Assembly (NCBI GenBank): GCA_037379345.1
Contig: CM074514.1
Coordinates: 16,244,001 to 16,308,000, forward strand
Direction of reading: 5' to 3'
Length of the DNA stretch: 64,000 nucleotides
Source of the DNA: Perna viridis
Taxonomy: Eukaryota
A program made the position numbers and the translations under genes. Shown one piece after another: positions 13,508 to 25,900 of this stretch (position 1 is its first letter; every line of letters begins with the position of its first letter). The notes beneath the pieces were generated by a model, which worked only from the letters and a program-made list of their open reading frames with translations, made no database searches and was not told where the DNA came from.

Positions 13508-16500
13508 AGCCTTGAAGAGTTTTGCAAGCCAATATGGAATTTGTAGGGGTAGATAAAACAAACGACAAACATTCCCAATGTTTTTAATTATGATGGATTG
13601 TGTGTAAATATAAATATACCCATTAGACTGGCATAATTGTCAGTGTTAATTACCTAGCTACAGACTGCTCCCTTATAACTTGTTTCTACAAAAATAAATG
13701 CGTTATAAAACTTGGTTTCACCAATCATTGCCGATGGAAAAGTCTGTACCAAGTGAGGATCATTACGCTTGTTTCCAACTTTCTGGTTTTTGTCTATATA
13801 TTGCCATTTGTTTTATGGACTTCTTTTTACTATTGCCTTGATTTTTATCAGTTCAGTAATTGTTTTATTACCCTCTTTTGGTGATTGTCAATGTCATAGA
13901 CATTGAAATTGCATGAAAATATTGTAACACAAAATGAACAACACTTATCCCAAACGTTTAGAAGATTTTTGTAAAGTGACTACTTAACTTTCACTACATG
14001 GCTTTACAAATACAAAATGAATGGAGATTTCATTATTTTTAGGAATATATAAATAAATAGCTAAACAATAAAATGAATAAAAAACAATAGTAGAATATAC
14101 AAGAAAAACACCAGTAAAATTTTAAAAAAATACTGAAAACAAAAACAAACAAAAAACAAAAACAAAAACGAACGAACAAAACAAGCAACGTATTAAATAT
14201 AGATGATGTTAAATAATTGGAAATTGTAATCGTCAATTGTAGAAAAGATCGCGCCAGACATTATCTAGCCTAAATAGATGTTTACCGCTGGTATTTTGCA
14301 CGATACATTATTCATTTTTTTAACATTTTACTAAAATATCCATGTAAATTGTGTTTTTTTAACATACATGTAGTTATTCTTCATGGTGAGGGTTTATTTT
14401 CACTCACTGCTAATCAATTGATGTAACCACAATTTTGTGTCCATGTGAAAGCTTCAAGTGCAGTAATACAAGTTCGGCGCTTTAGTGGAATTTCAAATCA
14501 AAGTGATTCAATGGGAAAGTGCTTTTACAGATAACAAACAATGTTTAAGCCAAAAGTATTTAACACATTATAGATATATATTTGAAAGCACTAAATTGAT
14601 TATTTCGATGCTTCCAATCAGACAGACTGCAAGCTGACAAACTAATTTGATAATGCGCCTTCTAACGATTCATTTTTTAATAAGATTTATTGGTGATATT
14701 AGTATTTTGCTAAAAAAATAAAATGTCAATATATTTCACGGCAATATCTGTCTTGCACTTAACAAGTAAGATATATGTTAAACAACATACGTATATATAT
14801 ATCAATGGTAGGAATGTTGCTTGTTATAAATACAGGTATGTGTGAAACATTACGTAAGTTTAACCCAAATAAAAAATTAATTCAAACTTAAAAGCAAAAT
14901 AAAATCTTACCAAGATTATCAAATATAAGGACGTAGCTTTGATATAAAACTCTATATTTTTCAAGTTTTTGCTAACACTTAAGAGAGTAATGAAAACCGT
15001 AGAGGAAAAATGTAGAACGTACGGAAATTTATGAAACTTCAGCAGCAGCGGGTTTAGAGATGTAGAAAATACGATGTCAATAAGTAAACTTCAAACTACA
15101 ACAATAAATTCATGTCTTCAAATTAACACTTCTAAATGACTATCGATATATGTCCAAAAATACTTAGAACGAAAACTACATGTGGGGAAAAAGATAAAAA
15201 ATACTTCTATTCTGTGAGGTGGATGGAAAAGAGAGATAAACTGCACATGGGTTCAATCAGCTGCCCATCCCTATATTCGAAAAAAGAACATTTCATAATC
15301 TTTGAATAATCGTTTGAAGAGCAGACTTTTGAGCTCTTAAAAGATTTATGGGAGAAAATATAACATTAAACAATAATAGCAAATCATAACGAGCAATTTC
15401 TCGCTATTTCAAGTATTTAAACAGAACATCAAGACAAAACCAAGTGCTATTACGGAGATATGGAGAACTTCCAGGTGTTCTATAGAGTGGCTTATTGTTG
15501 CCAGAATAATTGCTAGGATCTTTTGTACTTTACCAGTTAATGCAATCAAAGATTTCCAGTCGTTTCGCTGGAGAAACTCACAACTATTTCCCATTTTTAA
15601 CTCAGTCTGCGGTTTTTCTTGTATGTTCGTTGAGATTAAGTGCAATACTCAAAATACGAATGTACCTAACTTAGAAATATATGTAATTCATTCAATGCTG
15701 ATCTGCATCGAGTCAATATATTCGATCCGTCCTGTAGCTGTGGCCACCATGTTGAAGATGCTATTCATTTCTTTTTTGGAATGCAAAAATTATGCAATTC
15801 ATAGACGAACATTGTTTGCCCAGATTAATCAATATGACATTTCGATTGAATTGATATTAGCTGGTGATGAAAATTTAACTCTAAACTGTAAATCAAAATG
15901 TTTATATTTTTTCATGTCTTCATTCATACATCAACAATACGAACCGGTTTTCATGATAAAATAACAACACTTCTCTCTCCAGTCACATTGTAAATATTGT
16001 ATGTCTATCATGGTCAAAGAATTATCTGATTTTTGTTGTAGTTTATATAATTGTCGTCATTATGTATACCACTATAACCATTGTTTATACCGGGAGAGGA
16101 CCTAATATTGTATAACTTATGTCCAACCTCATTGCTGATATTGTAGCAAATAAATGTTTTAAACCTAACTTGTCAGATGCAATACACTTTGAATGTTGAA
16201 AGAAGTTTTTGGCGTTTGGATATATTTCATTTTAACAATTAAGTCATTGTAACTATGAACTTATTTCGTGGTCAGTACAGTTCTATATTGTCCAGTTCTG
16301 CTATGTACCGAACTTCTACAATTCAATGGTTATAAAAAGAATACTGGTTCTATATAAACCTTAACGATAAGATTTATTAATGGCCGACTGTGTAAATTGT
16401 TTAACATAAACAGAGTAAAATACTACACGAACGCTAGAAAATAAACCAACCGAATTCGTAAAACAAGACCGCAGACGATCAGAAACTACGCCACACAAAC

Positions 16501-17649
16501 TCATAAAACACCGCAATATCTAGACCTCCATAAAAAAATAAGCCAAACCAAACTCCTAAAACACCGCAATGTTCTAGACCTTCAATTTTACACATCGTGC
16601 GTACATTGTACATGCACATCCTTGAAACTGCATGTTCCTGAATGGCATGGCACATCGAACTCGGGGGAGATATTCACGATTCATGCCCTGAATGACATGA
16701 CATAGATATATAAAGTAAATGCTGAACTCTTGACAACGCTTCGTGTTTCCGTGACATTTTTAATGCTCCTTTTCTTCGTGCCACTATGCATTATATAATT
16801 TGTAGTATATATAATTTCTCTAATTTCTATGTCCCCGAATTAATTCTGATTATTTTTCTAATCACATATAGTTTTTTTTCTGTTTCTCATTCCATAAACA
16901 AACTAATAGATAAATAGATAAATTTCGTTTACATTATTTTCTTGCTTACATTTTCCTTCAGAATACTGAACAGATGTTTATCGGCGGTACAAATACCAAT
17001 CCGTGGTTACACCTATCTATAAGATGTTTTCACTGCTTCGTATTTAGAATGCCAGTTAATCACACTTTTAAAACGGAATAATTCCTTCCGATAGTGGCGA
17101 CGTACCTACATGTACCTCGTAAATATACAAGTACTCGTCTCTATCACAGACAGCATTCTTGTAAATATCTTGGAATTGGTATGCCAGAAAATGAAAAATT
17201 AGAATGTTCTTGGTAACACCACGGAGCTGTAATTTTTATCACGTCTTATCGCAATTCAAAACACAAGATATCGAGCTCGTTTGTTATAACTTCCGTACGC
17301 ACAGTCAGTTGTTTTATAACCTTTTATTTATACATATAATTATAAGAAAACGTCATCAATCGGTCAGTACCTCTCTTTGAAATAATTCATCTTTTGTATA
17401 TAGTTATTAATTTGATATGATATATGAAACAATACAAGTTTAAGGTTTTCATTTATGTAAGGAGATTGTTTGATAGAATTTACTTAAAATAACTGACTTT
17501 TCAAGTATTCCATACTGCCAGTAGTTGCAGTTTATTCAATTTAATTCGTATGGTGAGAGTTTTCGGGAAGGCATTTCAACCGTTGTTTTTAATGCCCCAT
17601 ATCTTTCGTTTCAATTCATTGTGATGTCCAATGTTTCTCCTGATATTTA

Positions 17650-18137
17650 GTGCCCCGCGCAGGTCCGGGTGTCAAAAGAATATGCCTGCAGCAGCGCTAA
17701 GTTTGTCGTAAAAGGCGACTAAATAGTGCTCAGAACCCTAGCCGGGGGCTAGGGCGCTCTGCCCACAGAGCAACTGGGTTGTGTGCCCCAGGTGGTGGAA
17801 TGGAATACCCCTGGTGTGTTACATGCTGGGGTTATCAGGCTATAATACGGAAAACCTGACCGCACCGTGTTGGGAAAGATGCCACGTTCCTCGCACATTA
17901 AAAAAACCCTACTGTGGTATTCTCCCGGAGTATGAACCATAGAGGCTAAATTGCCCGACCCTACCCACCTTTCCCTATTTCCAGTGGCAATCAAAATTTC
18001 TCGACCCCGTTGTCCTTGTGTCCCATCCCATTTTTCATTTCATCATCATTTCATGTTTATTTTATCATCCACTTCATGTTCATCGCCTGAATATAGCTGA
18101 AATATTGCTCGGGCGTTAAACCCCAACAAACAACAAA
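17650..18137 (+). mobile_element. Non-autonomous retroposon (SINE-like) with a 10-bp target-site duplication
   Basis: CTGATATTTA direct repeats at 17640-17649 and 18138-18147. The 3' end ...GCTGAAATATTGCTCGGGCGTTAAACCCCAACAAACAACAAA is like mollusc SINE/LINE tails. The 5' part is GC-rich and structured. Confidence 0.8.
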
Positions 18138-19065
18138 CTGATATTTACTTTCCACTACTTCCAGATGTTTTTTACCAAAAAATATCGGGGCTTGGGATTG
18201 GCAATTACTGTAGTTTCTTGTATTTTCCGATAAAAGCTTTCCATATCCATTCATTTGCCAAGGGCAGGATCACTAATACTCTTCGATCCTTGGTACCTGG
18301 CTGTCTTCAAAATCTGGAAAATTTGATTGTATGTGTATAACAAATATTTCTCGCTGTACTTCTTAAATTCCACTCACAACAGATCGAAACCTGAAAACAA
18401 TTCTTTTACAAAAACGAAAATGATATACCACTATTAATCGTAAATCAGTTGTTTACAGCTGTTTAATATACATGCATTTGATACTAAAATCTAGATTTGT
18501 GTATGTTTTACAATTAGATCAAAGTCATACAAGTAGCTGGAAAAACCGAGTATTTCGTCATAAATTGGTGTTGTATACTGATGATTCAAAGACCGAAACC
18601 AGGTTAATTTGGCGATGTATACTGATAATTTAAAGACTGAAACCAGGTTGAATGTTAAAACAAAGTTTGATGAGCAAACGGCCTGATATGCTTTTGATTT
18701 TTTATGTCGATTGTTTTATTTTCACAAAAACTTTCATGGAGCCAGAATTAATAGTTTTTTTCTTTCAATACACCTGAAGTAAGTTTAGTCTATTCACATA
18801 AAAGTGCTAAATATAACATTTGTTAACTTATGTGTTTTCTCCTCCCCTTCATTGCCTACATTTTGTATGTAATGCTACATATATTTATTAATGACTATAT
18901 AATGTAGAAGATATTTAATCGACTCTGTAATATACATGTTTCATGTAGAGTATTTTAACAAGGCCTCACATCAAAAATTTTTTTGTTCGTTGTTTTGCAA
19001 TCATACTGTATACATGTATCTGGTTGTTGAAAGAATAATCAAGGGAACCAAGGTTATAGCGGTAA

Positions 19066-19900
19066 TCAAAAGAATGTAATCCAGGGACAGATATGGAAAA
19101 CAGACATACACAACAAAGAACATGAAGTAACTAAACTCATACATACAAAGTAAGAAAAGTAAATGAGCAACTCGGACTCCACTAAAACCTGGGAGTATGG
19201 ACCAGGTGCAACTGTAAAGTAAGTGTCCTCTGCTTTTCTAGAAACACCCGCCGAGTTGCTCATAAAAAGATAAAAAGTCAAGTCCAGGGTCGATGAAAGA
19301 GGAAAGACAACAATGACACGTTTAATAAATCAGTTTTCCAGTGCAGAGGGATACACCGTAACGAGCAGGCGCGTAGCTGCCGTTAGGCAAAAAAGCTTTT
19401 GTCTGCACTTAATTTTGCCAATTTTTTTTTTTGGAGATAAAATACATCCAGGAGAGGCATAAATGATGCTCTAAAACGCTATATCCGCGGATCTTCGGGG
19501 GGGGGGGGCTTCGCCCCTAGACCCCCTACCAGGGCTCCGCCCTTCACCTGCTGGGGGCCTTAAGCGGCACCCAGACTCCCTGCCGTAATTTCAATTTGGC
19601 CTCAGCTACGCGCCTGCCGAGCCTTATTGTAAGAAGTCTAGCGATTACAAAAGGTCTGCGTAGTTACGACAAGCTCTGGCATAACATATGAGTTGTGACA
19701 TGTAATCTCCATACGCAGGTGCTGAAGTGATGTTGCCATAGATGAAAGGAAAGCTGACAGTACGGAATAAAAAGTCATCGCGTTTGTCGTATTTTGGTCA
19801 ACATATTTTTTTTACCAACGATCTCTAAGTATAGGCCAAGATATGAGGCTGATTTCATAGTGTCTGTAGTATCCGTTGTCACAAGTTGTTCGAGGTAGAC
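19066..19900 (-). mobile_element. Decayed Penelope-like retroelement (RT C-terminal region and 3' segment)
   Basis: Minus-strand translation gives TTDT..SASYLGLYLEI and ..APAYG.YMSQLICYARAC, typical of Penelope-like RT. Nucleotide similarity to 60350-60755. Confidence 0.75.
19366..19616. mobile_element. GC-rich MITE nested in the Penelope-like copy
   Basis: Perfect 14-bp terminal inverted repeats CAGGCGCGTAGCTG (19366-19379) and CAGCTACGCGCCTG (19603-19616). Confidence 0.8.
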
Positions 19901-20675
19901 GCTTTGTATATAAACACCTTTGATAATTGTTGTCAACTCTGAATTGATATAACCTTCCAATATGGTAAATTTTATTATGATATAGGGTTTATGCATTATC
20001 CTGATAGTTATAGTCTGAAATGTCTATGGGCCGAAATGTCCGGCATTCGTAAGGAATGCTATGGTCTGAAATGTTTTTGGGTCGAATTGTCCGGCATAGG
20101 TAAACATTATGGTACCTATAAACTGCGAAACGTCTTGAAAGATTTACTTCACTTCATTTAGATTTGTTTCATTCTGTTATGATTTATATTTTATTATCTA
20201 AATTTTATTTCGTTTTGATTCAATCTGCTTAGAATTGTTTCGTTTCGAGTCTCGTTTTATCAGTTGTTTTGTATCGTTTCGCAATTTTTAAGCACCCAAG
20301 AATTATGGGTAATACAGATCACGTCATTCCCGTAAACATCTGGGCGTCATGCTGCAGACTGTTTTGACCAACTCTATCTTAGAAAAGCTATTATTCGATT
20401 TGTATTTAATCATCAAAACTAACGAATATTTTTCGGGGGCTGGTTTGGTTCTCAACTGCTTTTACAAAGTATACGCAAATGAAGCTGCCATGATGTTATT
20501 TCTCTGCCCCGAACTGAAGGTACAAACCGGATATTCGTGTATTTTCTGACCTTAAGTATACAGAACCCAGTTGATAATACAACCATTAACGCTCCCTTCG
20601 GGGGTGTATAACAAGCATACACTGGTGATGAACCGAATCAATCATTAAATACAATGTAATCCCAATTTCAAGGGT

Positions 20676-20985
20676 TACTTACATTTGATCTACCCCTACG
20701 ATTTGGAATATGAGACAACTGCTACACCTTCGTATGCTTCATACCCAAAAAGCATGCGTATTGTAGCGGACACATGTCGTTTATGACAAACATGGTAATT
20801 TTGACTTTCCAACTGTAATCTTTCTCAGAGGTAATATAGTCCCATCTCCAACCTGAAGTATACATTTCACACTCGATTCATTACTTCCGTGCTCGTGGTT
20901 TGTACAATGACTTTCTAAGTAAAGCGATCGCGAGGATGTTGTAAAATAAGCTTCTATGACAGGGGTACGTTCAGCCTCGATACTG
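20676..20985 (+). mobile_element. Highly decayed Penelope-like RT fragment
   Basis: Broken-frame peptides YLHLIYP.DLE..TT.TPSYASY, YDKHGNFDFPTV and YISHSIHYFRARGLYNDFL. Confidence 0.6.
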
Positions 20986-21198
20986 TCTGTCGTCAGTTAT
21001 TATATTTGATTTTATTTTTCTACAATGTACATTGTGTATGTGAATCATCTGTTACGTTTTAACTTTGTCTTGGATATTGGTAACTCTGAATTGTTCTTTC
21101 ATTGTGTTTTGATGCTTCGGTATTTTTGCCAATACATACAGATATAATATTTTCAAGGCACAAGTATAATAAAACACAAAATAACAAATGGATATTGT

Positions 21199-21204
21199 TT
21201 TATT
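21199..21204 (-). promoter_or_regulatory. Candidate netrin polyadenylation signal (would give a ~1.4-kb 3' UTR)
   Basis: AATAAA on the minus strand followed by a GU/U-rich tract (TTGTTATTTTGTGTTTT). Other AATAAA sites lie nearer the stop (about 22305 and 21781). Confidence 0.35.
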
Positions 21205-22580
21205 TGCATTCTTTCAGTTGACTGGAATACTTTTATCATATGCGCAAATTAACGCATAAATATTCAAGTTTCTAGCTGGTACCTGTGCTTTATACAAAAA
21301 GTTGTCTATTCTTTTCAAGAAGATAATAATCGTTTAAAAATTTTTTCTCCTATAGTGGCTTGCACATTTTAAAAACTATGGGAATAGTAAAATTGAAACG
21401 CCTTTTCAATATTAGTCCAACAAATGTGTTTACGACATATAATGCTGAATTCATTGCATACTTTCTGAGGCATTTATCATATTTCAATAAGAAAGACATA
21501 CAACTTAAAATTTAAAGACAGCAAAACATTATTTTGAGTCAATTTGTACTATTCACGCGTAAACTTGTTCTATCAAGACATTGTAGACTTGTTTTACAAA
21601 TATATTGTATTGGTTTCTATTCAGCATTTGTAGGTCTGTAGCTAGAATCTAGAACAAGAAGATATACCATAATCGAAGAAAACGGAAGAAATATTTAATA
21701 AAAAAATAAATATGTATTTTAAAATAAGTATCCTTATATGAATGACAGCATCTTCGTTTCATCAGCAACACATTTATATTTTTATTACTGTACAAACTAC
21801 AACAAATGAGGAAGATGGAAGCCAATAATGGATGTAATGAGATGTATAGGTATAATGAGCGTAAGAGTATGCAATTTACCTTAAATAAGTTCAAAATTAG
21901 GAGAGAAACCTGCTTATTTACAAAAGTTTTCTTCAGACTTTCAAAACAACATTAACGGAACAATAGCTTTCAGTAGAAACCATTGATATGCTTATTCTTT
22001 AAAGTGTGAGTAGATACCAAGTTATACTTTGTATTTTATGGCTCAGAATTATATTGCATTTACAGTATTGGAAGAATGGCTAACCATTCATACACAATTC
22101 GAACTATTTAAGTATATATACAAAAATTAATAACAATAAAATATTATCACAATTGAAATTTACAACAAATAAAACGCAACAATTTGACATATGCAATTAA
22201 AAAGTACAAACAACCAATCGAAATGGGCATTTTCAAATTACACAAAATGTATTTAACATATTCATTTCAGATGTCCTGTCATTAAACAAAACAGTATCTA
22301 CCCTTTTATTCATATCTTCACTAGAACACCTCAACCAGCTCTCTATGCCAACTATTAGAAACATCTGGTAAAAAGGGTGTCTTCGGCCGGCCGACGACAA
22401 AAATAACGTAGTACCGCCAAGTCCCGAAACTTGTCAATTCAAATGAGATCTCAGTTCTCCACAATCATAAATCACTGTTCAAAACGAGGTACTAAAATGA
22501 GTATTCTACACGATATGTCTATGTGAAAGTTCACATTGTTTCGAACTGTAGCACTCGACGTCACTTCCGTGAACACACTT

Positions 22581-22927
22581 TCAATGTCTCTTCTTCCGCG
22601 ATGTGTTGCCACATTTTAATTTGCGTTCATATTGCATAAATTTACGCATGCGTCTCTGGTATTTATCTCTCCATCGTATTACGGCAGTTTTTCTGTCTAC
22701 TTGGTACCCTGGTCTATGTTTATTTTTGTGGTGACGGCCTATCAACAGATATCGTCGACCAAGCCTTAACTTGGGACACTTGCATTTATGATCACGTTTC
22801 GCCACAAAGACATAGGCCTCTCCTCTCATGTTTTGGTTCGGGTCTCGTTTGTAAATGCTGATGATATTGACAGTGTAACGGATCCAGTCTCCAAATGATT
22901 CCTTGGCAACCACAGATGCTTGAATAG
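22581..22927 (-). CDS. Ntn1: Netrin terminal coding exon (C345C/NTR domain)
   Basis: cattttacag|CT ATT CAA. Encodes [56 protein letters not shown], with TGA at 22583-22581. Confidence 0.93.
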
Positions 22928-25900
22928 CTGTAAAATGTACAAAAAAGAACGTTAAAACCTTGAACATGTCAAAATGAATGTACGTTTTGAGGTATTCTTA
23001 CGCTAGCAAGTCTTTTCATTCAAAGTATGAATAATGATAAAATTATGGCATCTGCATCTTTTTCAACACAACATCTAAGATTAAAAGGTTCTAGCTCGGC
23101 CCAACCTTCACTTTTGTTTCTAAAACTACAATTGTAAATCACCTCAATGTCAAAATACACTAAGATTTTATAATCTGACTTGCATGTATCAATCAGAGTT
23201 TTGACAAGACGCATAAAATATAGAAAAGGTTTTTGGCAAGACACGGTGAACCGTTGTCTGTTGCTTGTCAATGGAATATTTATTATATGCAGTAACAAAT
23301 GTATGAAAGAATTGTACATTTTGAAAGGTAAATCATGTAACAGCGATGAGTTACTAATAAAATGTCTAAAAGAATGAGAAAAGCTTCTGATAAAACATTA
23401 CATAAGCTACTGACTCAGCTTCAGTGAGAAATATCTTTCGTTGAGTAGGAATCGTTATCACAGAAATGATATGTTCGATCACAAAAAATACAGGAATTAA
23501 ATTGAGTAAACCAAATGTTGTTGCTAAAATGTCCTACCTAAAGAACAAGGTCGGAATAGACAAATAGATACCACATAAGAACAGGACCGGGAAAAGACAA
23601 ACATATACCACATAAGAGCAGGACCGGGAATAAACAAACAAATAATTGCTAAGAACAGGGCAAGCAATAGACAAACAAATACCACTTAAGAAGAGGGCCG
23701 GCAATACACAAACAAAGACGAACAAATAATTCCTAAGAACAGGGCAGGGAATAGACAAACAAATACCAATTAAGAAGAGAGCCAGGAATAGACAAACAAA
23801 TAATACCTACATGTAAGAACAGGATACAGAATAGACAAACAAATACCACTTAAGAAGAGGGCCGGAAATAGACAAACAAAGACAAACAAATAATTCCTAA
23901 GAACAGGGCAGGGAATAGACAAACAAATACCAATTAAGAAGAGAGCCGAGAATAGACAAACAAATAATACCTACATGTAAGAACAGGGTACAGAATAGAC
24001 AAACAAATATCACTTAAGAACAGGGCAGGGAATAGACAAACAAATATCACCTATGAACAGGGCCGGGAATAGACAAACAAATACTACCTAGGAACAGGCC
24101 AGGGAATAGACAAACAAATATCACCTAAAAACAAGGCCGGGAATAGACAAACAAATACTACCTAGGAACAGGCCTGGGAATAGACAAACAAATATCACCT
24201 AAGAACAGGGCTGGGAATAGAAAAACAAATACTACTTAGGAACAGGCCATGGAAAAGACAAACCAATATTACCTAGGAACAGGACAGGAAATAGGCAAAT
24301 ACTTTCCATGTTTAATGAGGTAAAATAGACAATGCAAAAACAAAAATATACTACTAGAATACATTCACTTGAACGAATAAAGAAATCCAAGACCTCAAGT
24401 TCAGGTTGGAAACAAATCAGAAGAATATACCAAGAAATAGAAGGATAATTATGCCTTATGTTCAAAGATGTTTACAGACACAAAATGTCACATCATTAAA
24501 ATTACTGATGAGACAAACAACTAATTCATATTTTAAAGGTTGTTCTAAAATATAATCAAAGAAATAATTCTCTTTGAAATTAAGTAAAAATATATTGGTT
24601 TGAAATCATATATAGAAATGAAATATTAAATTTCGTTATTATATGACTTTCGGGAATTTTTGTTGCTAACAATATGAAATGTACTTTGATGATTGTATCA
24701 ATTACGTGAAACCAGATGTGCATAACTATTCTATCCAGTTCCACTCCACGAGGTAATTGTATATGAGTTCAGATAATTAGACGTACCATAGTCAGCTCTG
24801 CAATACTTTTTATTGTTAATTTTTCTTTGTTTCTTTCTGCATTTTCCACACCTGTCACCTGTAAAATAATTAAACCAATTAAAATATGTTAGAACATTTG
24901 TTGAAATACCACATACGTACCTTTGCATGTTCGTACAAACAAAAAAAAAAACAAAAAAAAACTTAACTATTTACAGACAGTAGACTGATACGATATGTTT
25001 ATAGATAGACAGATAAGACGTGATGCCGCAGAGACAACGCCTCCATAATATACCCGACGAAGCCCGGCCAAGTTTTACGACAAGCTTGTTTACTCAACAT
25101 ATTCAAATTGTTACAATATAATTTATAAGCTCTTAGGAGACCGTCCATCCAGTAGATATGTTGGAGATCGAGGATAAATTTTCTGTTTGTGTTCATTTGC
25201 ATATTACTGCTTCGGTTATTTTGACGAATAGTTATATCCAATCATGGGTGGTCAACACGATGCGAAATCGTACAAATAGCACTTCTTTATTTAAAAAAAA
25301 ACGTAAACCAATAAGGAAAAAAAACTTCTTCGAAAGATAGTGCACATTTTGTACCCTTATGTACCCAACGTTCGATCGTTCGGGTTCTTTGGACATTAGT
25401 GCTGTAATATCTTATTTTAAAAATCAAAACATCAAATCAGGACCATTTTCTTTAAAGAAAACAACTTAATAATGACATGGAGCAGTTGGTAGAAAATGTT
25501 ATTTTGTTAAGGAATGATTTTGGTAAGGTAGAAAATAAGTATCTAGTCAGAATCATATATTCTATTCAACTGCCCAGTTCAGTTTAAAAGCTTAAAGAAA
25601 GACTATTTTAAAACTTCTGCCTTAGATCATGAAAAAAGGAAAAAAAGGAGACCCACCAAATCAAATGCCAAGCAATAAACTATTTAACTTTTGCATTTTA
25701 CATTTTAATTATACAGGTCACCACACAGTCTTCAATGATGGACAAAACCCATACCATAAAGCGAGCTGTAAAAGGCCCCTAAATTAATCTGACAACAGAA
25801 ATTACAATACTCAAATGATTCCCCATAGGTCATTAGGTTAACATAAGCGTACATATCTAGAGCAATCATATAATGAAAAATCTTAGAAATGATTAGCAGC

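Noticed and set aside
23534-24303. ~37-bp repeats as a CRISPR array
   Set aside because: Units are contiguous with no unique spacers, there are no cas genes, and the array lies in a eukaryotic intron.
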